Source: a bacterium (Candidatus Blackallbacteria) CG13_big_fil_rev_8_21_14_2_50_49_14 (GTDB taxonomy: Bacteria > Cyanobacteriota > Sericytochromatia > UBA7694). From it: a DNA stretch of 50,475 nt. Numbering within the stretch: position 1 is the first letter of the stretch; each line of letters begins with the position of its first letter. The position numbers were made by a program, and so were the translations under genes. The notes beneath the pieces were generated by a model, which did not search any database, was not told the DNA's origin, and saw nothing but the letters and a program-made list of their open reading frames with translations. The stretch spans positions 1 through 50,475 of the forward strand of contig PFGG01000053.1 in NCBI GenBank assembly GCA_002783405.1. Direction: 5' to 3'. Below are positions 39,296 to 47,732 of the stretch, piece by piece.

Positions 39296-39325
39296 AGTCT
39301 GGAGAGATCCAGACTTTTTTTCTTT
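39296..39325 (+). terminator. Strong intrinsic terminator hairpin 55 nt upstream of the helicase start codon. No protein gene lies upstream on that strand
   Basis: A 7-bp stem AGTCTGG / CCAGACT with a 6-nt loop, followed by TTTTTTTCTTTT. Confidence 0.6.
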
Positions 39326-39379
39326 TGAGACTACCCGTTCCCGGCACAACTTCACCAAGCGGCTTCAACTCAGATTAAA

Positions 39380-41839
39380 ATGAAGTTTATGTCTGAAATG
39401 AATCTCACCGAAGAACAAAGGGCCGTGGTCTGTCATGAAGAAGGCCCTGCCCTGGTCTTTGCTGTTGCGGGCGCAGGCAAAACCACCGCCATGGTTCACC
39501 GAATTGAACGTTTGGTCAGTCAAAAAGTATTTCCTGCCGAGCAAATTCTTGCCACCTCTTTCAGTCGTGCCACAGTCAATGATTTGCGGCAGGCCCTGCG
39601 CGTCTGGCCTGCCTGTCGCAGTGTACAAACCGCCACCCTTCATGCCGTGGGCTTTCGCATTGTACAAAAAGCGGTACGTGAAGGTTTAATCCCCGAAATC
39701 AGACTGCCCTCAGAAAATGGCCAAAGCCCCGATCGGATGCTTTTACAAAGAGCCTTGGGGCGCGCCCGCCAAGCACGACTTGAGATTCCACCCCATTTTG
39801 ATGAAACAGATTTTCTCAGTTATCTCAGTCTTTGCAAGGGGAATTTTCTCTATCCAGATACCTTTCCCGCCAAACTTCCAGCCCAGGCTTTGGCCTTGCT
39901 CAAATCAGCAGAAGCGCCCAGTGACTGGCCAGTCTATCTGGATTTATACCGGATTTATGAAGAACTCAGACAGGAAATGGGCATTCTGACCTTTGACGAT
40001 ATGTTGCTCTCTGCCTGGGAACTCTTGCAAATACATCCCGCTCTTCTGCGCTCAGTTCAAAACCGTTACCAGGCAGTTTTGGTCGACGAATTTCAGGATA
40101 TCAACCATGTACAGAGTGAAATTCTGGATCTCTTGGTAGCCCCCCACCACAATTATATGGCGATCGGGGATGATGATCAGACCATTTACGAATGGCGGGG
40201 AGCCAACCCACGCTTTATTCTTGAATTTGCCCAACGCTACCAGGCAAAGAAATACCTGCTTCGGGATAATTTTCGTTCCCGCGCTTCTCATTTGGCTTTG
40301 GCCAATGCAGTGATTTGCCACAACAGCAAACGGGAACCCAAGGCCTTACAGCTCACCCAAGGTTTTTCAGGGCTTACCCGCATTCACCGCAGTGTCAATG
40401 CCGAAAATCTAGCACGTGATTTGGTCAAAGAAGTACAGGCCGCTCAAGAGCGAGGCTATGGGCTCACACAAATGGCAGTATTGCTTCGTATTTATGCCCA
40501 AACTGCGTTTATTGAACAAGCCTTGCATGAAGCGGGCATTGCCTACCGAATCGATGGTTCTGTGCCCTTTTTTCAACGTTCTGAGGTTCAGGTCTTGCTG
40601 GCTTATCTGCGGCTGGCCCAATTGGAACTGCATCTCCAGCAGGGCCTTCAACCCACAGAATCAGAATATGCAGGCTTTGTGCAGGATTGGCGCCTGATCG
40701 TCAACCGGCCACTGCGCTATATCTCCGCCCAACAAAATGAAGACTTGATCCAGCGGGTTTATGCTGGTGAAAGTGTAACGGCAGCCCTACATGCAGTCGC
40801 AGCCGAAGCTGAAAGAGTCTATATTGCACGCAATCTGGAAAAGCTTGCAGATCTGCTGACCTGGTTGGGCATTCAAATTCAATTGGACCCCGCCGATTCC
40901 GTGCTCTGTTCCTTGGAACAAAAACTGGATTATTGTGCCTGGCTGAGAAAAAGCAGTGGTTTTCCTGAAAACGGAGAAGCCAAAGCCTCTACAGTAGAAG
41001 CACTTCTGGACTATGCCCAAGGGCGGGGACACGTACAACCCTTTTTAAATTATCTCGAAACCCTGGGCAGAGATACCGGGCAAAATAATCAAAGCCTGAT
41101 TTTGACCACGATTTACCGCGCCAAAGGATTGGAATGGCCCGTTGTTTTTGTGCCGCACTGTAACCAAGGGTTTTTACCCTATGGGCGCGGTGATGAACGC
41201 CTGGAAGAAGAACGCAGGCTGTTCTATGTGGCCGTCACCCGCCCCCGTGAAGAGCTGCATCTATTTTTGATGGAATCCTCCCCTGTTTCACGTTTTCTGA
41301 GAGAAGCAGGCTATCTGGAAACCCTTGAGGGGGTTCAAGAAATTCGCAAAACCCTGGCCCAAAAACCTGAAACCTGGAAAACCGCAGAGGTACTCGCCTT
41401 GGCACGCCATGCCAGCAGGCTGCATTTTGAACGCTATCTGCTGCATTGGTGGGATGCCCCCTCCAGCCGACAAATCGCAGCCCAACGAATTGCCAGCCTC
41501 TTGCATGCTGCTGAACAACAAGCACTCTTACAGGAGTTGGCACTGGACGCAGAGCCCTTAAAGCGTTGGAAAGGGGCGATCTCTCTCCCGCTTGAACCCG
41601 AGTTATTTGCAGATTTGGGTCAATTTTCAACAGAAAAATCCAGCACCAAGCGCAAATCCCTGCGCCAAACAGAAACCACTTTTTCAATTGGGCAAAGGGT
41701 GCGCAACCCCCAATTTGGCGAAGGGGAAATCGTACGCTTGGAACCCAATCTGCGCCAAGGGCTCATGCTTGAGATAGATTTTGACAAGGTCGGACGAAAA
41801 CGCCTGCTCTCCCGTTATGCCGACTTGCAAAGGGTTTAA
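39380..41839 (+). CDS. UvrD/PcrA/Rep-family ATP-dependent DNA helicase with a C-terminal Tudor-like domain
   Basis: Walker A motif AGAGKTT. Motif II is VLVDEFQDINHVQ. Motif III is GDDDQTIYEWRGA. Motif IV is R-containing, and motif VI is TIYRAKGLEWPVVF. The C-terminal QRVRNPQFGEGEIVRL...RYADLQRV resembles the PcrA/UvrD C-terminal domain. Confidence 0.9.
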   Translation: MKFMSEMNLTEEQRAVVCHEEGPALVFAVAGAGKTTAMVHRIERLVSQKVFPAEQILATSFSRATVNDLRQALRVWPACRSVQTATLHAVGFRIVQKAVREGLIPEIRLPSENGQSPDRMLLQRALGRARQARLEIPPHFDETDFLSYLSLCKGNFLYPDTFPAKLPAQALALLKSAEAPSDWPVYLDLYRIYEELRQEMGILTFDDMLLSAWELLQIHPALLRSVQNRYQAVLVDEFQDINHVQSEILDLLVAPHHNYMAIGDDDQTIYEWRGANPRFILEFAQRYQAKKYLLRDNFRSRASHLALANAVICHNSKREPKALQLTQGFSGLTRIHRSVNAENLARDLVKEVQAAQERGYGLTQMAVLLRIYAQTAFIEQALHEAGIAYRIDGSVPFFQRSEVQVLLAYLRLAQLELHLQQGLQPTESEYAGFVQDWRLIVNRPLRYISAQQNEDLIQRVYAGESVTAALHAVAAEAERVYIARNLEKLADLLTWLGIQIQLDPADSVLCSLEQKLDYCAWLRKSSGFPENGEAKASTVEALLDYAQGRGHVQPFLNYLETLGRDTGQNNQSLILTTIYRAKGLEWPVVFVPHCNQGFLPYGRGDERLEEERRLFYVAVTRPREELHLFLMESSPVSRFLREAGYLETLEGVQEIRKTLAQKPETWKTAEVLALARHASRLHFERYLLHWWDAPSSRQIAAQRIASLLHAAEQQALLQELALDAEPLKRWKGAISLPLEPELFADLGQFSTEKSSTKRKSLRQTETTFSIGQRVRNPQFGEGEIVRLEPNLRQGLMLEIDFDKVGRKRLLSRYADLQRV

Positions 41840-41926
41840 ACTTAGACTAAATTCAGGCAATCTCGGTTCAGTTCTGCACGCGAAAAGACCATAATTTGAA
41901 AAGAACCAATCAACTTGAGGATGTAC

Positions 41927-42970
41927 ATGGAGATTCAACCCACCCCCTTGAGTCAACCCCAAGTGGGCAGAACTCAACAAATACCTGCGGGTCTGCGCGT
42001 GGGCTCAGCTCCAGCCACTACACAAACACCTCAACCCCCTCAAGATCGACACACTGCAGCCTCAGTTTTACCCGGACAGGCAGCCCCCCAACTTTCTTTT
42101 ATTGAAAATACAGATCCCCCCAGTCGCGAAGAACTCAATTGGGCCTTGGAACTTGAGCAAAAAATCAAGCAGGGTTATGCCCCAAACAGCACAGAAACCA
42201 CACGTTATACTGAAATTTCAAATCGTTTACAAACCAGCCAGGATGCCTCAGATCCCAATTCAGTGACACAGGCAGAAGTCAATTGGGCGCTTGAACTTGA
42301 AAGCAAAACTCGCTCAGGACACCCCCCTTCAGCTCAGGAATTGAATTATTATCAGAGTATTGCCCAAAAGCGATTTCAAGCTGACCAAGAACCCAAAATA
42401 CCTGAATTAAAAACCGTTTCACCTCAAGAGCTGGATTGGGCTCAAGCCTTGATGAAACGAGTCAGCCAGATCGGCTATAAACCCAGTCAGCAAGAGATTG
42501 AGCACTATACCGATATCTATAACCGCTACCAGGCAGAACAAGCCCATTCCACCAGCAACGCTCCCAGCGCTGAAGAAATCCAATGGGCGCAAAGCCTGGC
42601 TCAAAAAATTCAAGCGGGTTATCCCCCCCTTGAAGCAGAAACTTCAAAATACATTGAGATTCAAACCCGTTTTGAAACCAACAAAGGTCAAGACAGCTTG
42701 TCCAAGTCTGAGATTCAATGGATGCTTGACTTCCGCCAAAAAGTAGCAGATAGTTATCAACCTTTAGAGGCTGAACTTGATAAATACAGTCAACTGCTCG
42801 ATCAGGCGATGGCCCAAGACGCCACACTGATTGATCCCGCCGAAGCTCCACTTACCCAGCATGAAATTGACTGGGCCAATCGGTTACAGGAAAAAGTCAA
42901 AGCAGGCTATGCACCACAACCTGGTGAAGAAGCGCGTTATCAGGAAATTTATTCACGCTTTGCTAAATGA
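41927..42970 (+). CDS. Hypothetical protein with a Pro/Gln/Thr-rich N-terminus followed by six tandem ~38-aa repeats with consensus E(I/L)xWA..L..K(I/V)..GY.P...E...Y.EI..RF
   Basis: Seen directly in the translation. Repeats start at EELNWALELEQK, AEVNWALELESK, QELDWAQALMKR, EEIQWAQSLAQK, SEIQWMLDFRQK and HEIDWANRLQEK. ATG 41927 is preferred because GAGGA lies 6 nt upstream. Confidence 0.7.
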   Translation: MEIQPTPLSQPQVGRTQQIPAGLRVGSAPATTQTPQPPQDRHTAASVLPGQAAPQLSFIENTDPPSREELNWALELEQKIKQGYAPNSTETTRYTEISNRLQTSQDASDPNSVTQAEVNWALELESKTRSGHPPSAQELNYYQSIAQKRFQADQEPKIPELKTVSPQELDWAQALMKRVSQIGYKPSQQEIEHYTDIYNRYQAEQAHSTSNAPSAEEIQWAQSLAQKIQAGYPPLEAETSKYIEIQTRFETNKGQDSLSKSEIQWMLDFRQKVADSYQPLEAELDKYSQLLDQAMAQDATLIDPAEAPLTQHEIDWANRLQEKVKAGYAPQPGEEARYQEIYSRFAK

Positions 42971-43187
42971 TCCTTGCTTGAGCCTGTCTTTGAAATTGCA
43001 ATGAAAATCAGAACAAAGTAATGCCTGATGGGGGAATCTCTCTACAGGAATATCACCGAAGCACTCATTTTCAGAAAATGTGCTATCTGATTCAAGTAAA
43101 CTTGCACAAACCCCAAGAAGTTGCTTAAGCTACTATTCTCATGGCATTCCTATTGCAATAAAATCAAGGAAACAAATTAAGCATTGA

Positions 43188-45248
43188 ATGCAAAATCAAA
43201 ATAGCTTTCAAATCGAACTCCAAATCGGGTTGAAATTTTTAAAAAATTTTTTCTTGCATCTATGTTCTGAAATATTTCTCATCATTTTTTTGCAAATACT
43301 TATTTGTATCGGTCTAAGTGGCTATTATTTCTTACTTGGAAGCTATTTTCATGAAGCATTTTTAAGCTATCTTCCCTTCGGAAATAGCTATTTGCTTGGA
43401 TTCATTGTTTTTTTAAGCCTGATAAGCAGCTTTTTACTTTCAGGTTGGCTCAGCCTTCGCTATATAGATCCCGAGCAGAGTCTGAAGCAACTCTACCAAA
43501 CCTTGCCTTTAAAAAATTATTTCCTGATCGCAGGGCTTATTGCCAGTTCCTGCGCAGCATTTTCAGAGTTCTTATTAAAAATTCCAGTTTTCAGAGAGAG
43601 CGTGTGGACACTGCTCTCTCTTTCTCCCAAAAGTATTTCTGCTTATATTATTGGGCTTATGGTCTGCTTGAATGCCATAAGTTGGGCTCTCATTCCTGGC
43701 TACACACTCGAACTCAGCTTTGAAGAGTTTCAATTTAAAAGTCAAATTTGGAAAAACAAAGAAAAACTCTTGATTTTGCTGCTGACTTACACTTTGCTCA
43801 ATCTGGGTCTCTTTTTTTGTTTCAGTCTTTGGAAAAGTCTTTTACTCACACAGTTAATAAGTTTATTGGTCAGTGCCGTTTGCTTACTTTTGTTCAGTAT
43901 TTTTTGGATTCAGATCCTGAAGCCAAATTCTCTGACACTGAAGCGTTCCCATCATCCTCGGCAATTTCTGAGTGTTCTGGTTCTCAGCAGCTTGGGCATT
44001 GGATGCTTCTTTTGGGCCCAGAGACATAACCAAGATCTCTTTGTTCAATACCAGAAACAGTATCTTGAGCAGGTAAAAATATGGGCTGATATGCGTATGC
44101 ATAGAAAAGCACTTTGGGGAAAGAGTCAGAAAGGGGATGGAAGAGATTATTACCAAGGTCTCATTCTAGAACCAATTCATGAACAAAATAAAATAGATTT
44201 TTCAGATATAAATAAAATTTTTCAACAAAATAAAATAGTTTCAAATAATTTATTTGATTTTGAAAACATTTACTCAGATAATCAAGAGGTGATTGCCAAA
44301 TATGCCCCACTTGTTTCCACGATTGAAAATGCTGTCAATAGTGAGACACTGAGTCCCTTACAAACTGAATTTCATCTCAAAGCACAACAACCTGTTTTTG
44401 CAAATATACAAAATCTAATGCGCATCTTGATCGTGACCACACACCATCAATTTGAGACCGGTCAAACACAGAAAGGTTTTACCAATCTCATCCTGTTGAT
44501 GCGTTTTGCACAGGATATTCGATACAATGGAACTTTGGTGTCAGATATGGTTGCTCTGGTGATGCAATCCACTGCTACTCAGGAATATTTGCGCGTAGCC
44601 AATCCCCAAACACTTGGTAAGCCCCTCTCAGAGAAGCTTCTTTTACAATGGCACTTGCTCTCAATAGATCAAAATCTTTTAGAAGGTACCTTTCTGAGAG
44701 AAATTCTATTCTTAAATGGAGTCTTGCTCGATGCAGATGATCTAAAAGACGAATTTGGAGAAGGCATTCTGCCTTCTCTGCTCAAACAAATAACTTTGCC
44801 CTATTTACTCTACACCCTTGAGCTCAGTCAACCATTGGCAAAAGAAATGGATCGAGTCATTCAAACCATGCCCTATAAGCTCTCCCATCAACTTTTGAAA
44901 AAACTTAAATCAGAATTGCCTCAAAAAAATATCATATTGAGATTAAGTTTGCCGACCATGTTAGGCGCTGAAGAAAAAAAATGGCTCAATAAAATCCGTT
45001 GGGATATGGCCTATTTAAAAACAGCTTTGATTGCTTGGAAACACAACCACAAAAACTACCCTGACAAACTTCAGGATTTGGTACCCGCAATCATTCCCAG
45101 CCTCCCTATCGACCCCTACTCAGGCAAATCTTATGGTTATACGCTTAGCAAAGATCGCTATGAACTTAAAAGCCAATACCAAGAATACATGGAAAAAGAA
45201 AATGCCGACACGAATGCTTCCCTCAGCATTTATAGACAGAAATTTTAG
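43188..45248 (+). CDS. Hypothetical polytopic membrane protein (about 7 N-terminal TM helices plus a ~400-aa soluble C-terminal domain), in an AT-rich island
   Basis: A long ORF with strongly AT-biased codon usage relative to the surrounding genes. The exact start is uncertain. Confidence 0.55.
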   Translation: MQNQNSFQIELQIGLKFLKNFFLHLCSEIFLIIFLQILICIGLSGYYFLLGSYFHEAFLSYLPFGNSYLLGFIVFLSLISSFLLSGWLSLRYIDPEQSLKQLYQTLPLKNYFLIAGLIASSCAAFSEFLLKIPVFRESVWTLLSLSPKSISAYIIGLMVCLNAISWALIPGYTLELSFEEFQFKSQIWKNKEKLLILLLTYTLLNLGLFFCFSLWKSLLLTQLISLLVSAVCLLLFSIFWIQILKPNSLTLKRSHHPRQFLSVLVLSSLGIGCFFWAQRHNQDLFVQYQKQYLEQVKIWADMRMHRKALWGKSQKGDGRDYYQGLILEPIHEQNKIDFSDINKIFQQNKIVSNNLFDFENIYSDNQEVIAKYAPLVSTIENAVNSETLSPLQTEFHLKAQQPVFANIQNLMRILIVTTHHQFETGQTQKGFTNLILLMRFAQDIRYNGTLVSDMVALVMQSTATQEYLRVANPQTLGKPLSEKLLLQWHLLSIDQNLLEGTFLREILFLNGVLLDADDLKDEFGEGILPSLLKQITLPYLLYTLELSQPLAKEMDRVIQTMPYKLSHQLLKKLKSELPQKNIILRLSLPTMLGAEEKKWLNKIRWDMAYLKTALIAWKHNHKNYPDKLQDLVPAIIPSLPIDPYSGKSYGYTLSKDRYELKSQYQEYMEKENADTNASLSIYRQKF

Positions 45249-45262
45249 TCAAAAAGATGAAC

Positions 45263-45739
45263 CTATTTAGATTTCTCAATCTTTAATTTCAAACTGGGCG
45301 GTTCGGTATTGCCTTTACCCGGATAGGGTTGAACTTCCAACAAAAACAAGCGATAGCGCCCCTCCAGAAAGGCAAGCCCCTCCTCATTTTTAGGCGGAAG
45401 TTTAAGCGCAAGGATCTCTTTTTTTGAGCCCAGGCGCAACTCCAGTTCAAGATTGACTTCTCCAGCCCAAACACAGACAACATCAGCAGGACAACGAGAA
45501 TCTTGGGCTGGTTTTTCCCAAAGAATGAGAAAGTCTTCACCCTCCAGCGTAAATTGGCCCTGAAAGGGCAAGCTAAAAGTCTGACCCAGACTGACTTTTT
45601 GCGGAAGCGAGGCAGAAGATTCACGCACTTGAGGACTGGCAGAAAACTCCGAGCGAGGAGATTGCTCCGCCAAGGAGCCAAAACAAGCTGTAAACAAACA
45701 TAAAGAGAACCCCATCCAGTATCCTTTTTTGAGTATCAC
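45263..45739 (-). CDS. Hypothetical lipoprotein (158 aa)
   Basis: Signal peptide with LFTAC lipobox. The ATGA overlap with the upstream ankyrin gene indicates co-transcription. Confidence 0.6.
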   Translation of the reverse strand: MILKKGYWMGFSLCLFTACFGSLAEQSPRSEFSASPQVRESSASLPQKVSLGQTFSLPFQGQFTLEGEDFLILWEKPAQDSRCPADVVCVWAGEVNLELELRLGSKKEILALKLPPKNEEGLAFLEGRYRLFLLEVQPYPGKGNTEPPSLKLKIEKSK

Positions 45740-47010
45740 TGGCCTGTTCTCACTTTCTCAACCACAGCAGTGGTCTGTTTTTTTCGCATGCGCCTGATTT
45801 TTTGAGCCAAAGTTTTTAAGCCTCTTTTATGCTGTGCAATCTCTTCGGGTAGATTTGCCCCCACTCCCTCAAGAGAGGCTCCAGCATCCAAAAGTTCTTC
45901 GAGAAATGCCGTTGAAATTTTTGGCGGGGCAGCTCGTTCATAGAGGTAACCGTCTTGAACCCCCAAAGCATATAGCAAAACAGTGCCATATTGATCGCGC
46001 GCAGAAAGATTGGCTCCTCTTTCAATCAAACGCCTGGCCAGCGCATATTGTCTGCGACTTAAGGCTTCCATCAAAGGGGTTGGCGTTTGATTCTTTTTTT
46101 CAGGCAAAGCACCCGCCTGAAGCAAATACTCAGCGAGTTCGGGATGTCCCGAACAAATGGCGGCCATCAAAGGCGAAAAACCTGCTACCGAAAGTCCATT
46201 GGGATCAGCCCCTGCTTTTAAGAGTGTTTTTAAAATTTCCAAATGACCGTTTTGTGCTGCCAAAGCCAATAATCCAAATTGATAACGATCTCGTTCATTT
46301 AAATTTGAACCAGCCTCAATCAAAGCTTGAACCAGTTCGGCCTGGTCCGAATATCCCTTACAGGCCAAAACCAAGGCTGTTTCTCCAGATTGGTTCCGCA
46401 GCTCAGGCAAGGCTCCAGCAGCCAATAAACGCTGGGTAATTCCCAAATGACCGCCTTGAGCAGCTCGCATCAACAAGCTCATTTTCCAGGGACCTGTATA
46501 ATTGGGATCTGCCCCCTGGGCAAGAAACAGAGCCAAAATCGCTTCACTGCTCGGGTGATAAACCCCCGAAACGACCCGCAACAAAGGACTCTCCCCACTG
46601 TCATTGCAGGCGAGAAAGTTTGCTCCTTGATTCAATAACCATTCCACAACGGCATAATGCCCTGCACAGACGGCCCAGAACAGGGGAGTTGCTCCAAATT
46701 GATCGCGCACCTGAATTTTCGCTCCAGCGTTTACCAAAAGCTTGGCTATTTCAAGATGGCCAAAAAAACAAGCTTGAGAAAAGGCTGTTTTCCCCCCTTT
46801 GCCATGCCGATCAATATTGGCACCTTGCTCAATTAAAAGCCTTACAATTTCTGTATAACCCCTTTCGGCAGCAATCATTAAGGGGAATTCATCGTTCTCA
46901 GGCCGGGTGAGTTCAGGGTCAGCACCCTTTTGAATTAAATCACGGGCCCTGTTCAGCGCTTTTCTTTTCAAAGCAGTGAGAAGATCCATTTCACTCGCTT
47001 TCACAAACAC
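45736..47010 (-). CDS. Ankyrin-repeat protein (about 10-11 ANK repeats)
   Basis: Repeated G.TPL..A...GH..VV..LL..GA motifs throughout the 424 aa. Confidence 0.9.
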   Translation of the reverse strand: MFVKASEMDLLTALKRKALNRARDLIQKGADPELTRPENDEFPLMIAAERGYTEIVRLLIEQGANIDRHGKGGKTAFSQACFFGHLEIAKLLVNAGAKIQVRDQFGATPLFWAVCAGHYAVVEWLLNQGANFLACNDSGESPLLRVVSGVYHPSSEAILALFLAQGADPNYTGPWKMSLLMRAAQGGHLGITQRLLAAGALPELRNQSGETALVLACKGYSDQAELVQALIEAGSNLNERDRYQFGLLALAAQNGHLEILKTLLKAGADPNGLSVAGFSPLMAAICSGHPELAEYLLQAGALPEKKNQTPTPLMEALSRRQYALARRLIERGANLSARDQYGTVLLYALGVQDGYLYERAAPPKISTAFLEELLDAGASLEGVGANLPEEIAQHKRGLKTLAQKIRRMRKKQTTAVVEKVRTGQ

Positions 47011-47154
47011 CCCCTTTTTTGAACACCGATGATTGAATCTGTGTCTTTATCATAGTTTATAAAGGAGTGATTGAGACAGCCTGATATTTGAATTTCAAAC
47101 ACTTCAATTCCTGATAAACTTAATTCAAATAAAACATATTAAAGGCTATAAATT

Positions 47155-47673
47155 ATGGATATAGAATTAATTTTAGCAAATTTATTAAGTTTTAAAGGCC
47201 CCTGGACCCAAACTACACTGAATGATTATTTAACTCAGATAGGCGCTGAAAAATCAGAACCAGCTGAGGCTTCTGATGATGAAGAAATTTGGTTTTTAAA
47301 TGGCTTACGCTTACATTTGAGTAGCGAAAATTCAGATCGAGGACTGCAACTGACGAGCTTGCTCAAATCCATTGAAGTGGAAAATCTTGATGAAGAGGAA
47401 TTTGATGCTGCAGATACTGAACTGGCAGATCAATACACGGCATTGATTGATGAGTTAAGCACGCGTTTGGATTCCCCCGTCTTTTCTGGTATCGTTTCCC
47501 AAAGCCCATTCACCCAAGAACAATACGGAGATCTGGGGGCCTGTTGGCTTCTTCCCGAGGCTCGTCTGATGCTCATCAGTGGGCAACAGGACACAGAATT
47601 GCCTCTGCAAATTCAATTGGTGATAGCCCCACTTCAAAGCCAAGTAAAACGTGAAGAACAAAATCGGTCTTGA
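47155..47673 (+). CDS. Hypothetical acidic protein (172 aa) immediately upstream of the vault-protein homolog
   Basis: A clean ORF with an Asp/Glu-rich centre. Its stop codon lies inside the -35 element of the downstream promoter. Confidence 0.55.
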   Translation: MDIELILANLLSFKGPWTQTTLNDYLTQIGAEKSEPAEASDDEEIWFLNGLRLHLSSENSDRGLQLTSLLKSIEVENLDEEEFDAADTELADQYTALIDELSTRLDSPVFSGIVSQSPFTQEQYGDLGACWLLPEARLMLISGQQDTELPLQIQLVIAPLQSQVKREEQNRS

Positions 47674-47696
47674 CAAGTAAATATAAAATGTATAAT
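47670..47696 (+). promoter_or_regulatory. Near-consensus sigma70-type promoter (TTGACA-15 nt-TATAAT) for the major vault protein homolog gene
   Basis: TTGACA at 47670-47675 and TATAAT at 47691-47696. An AAAGGAG RBS sits 7 nt before ATG 47733. Confidence 0.6.
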
Positions 47697-47732
47697 ATAC
47701 ACTTATAAAGCTTCCTAAAAGGAGAAAGTCCC

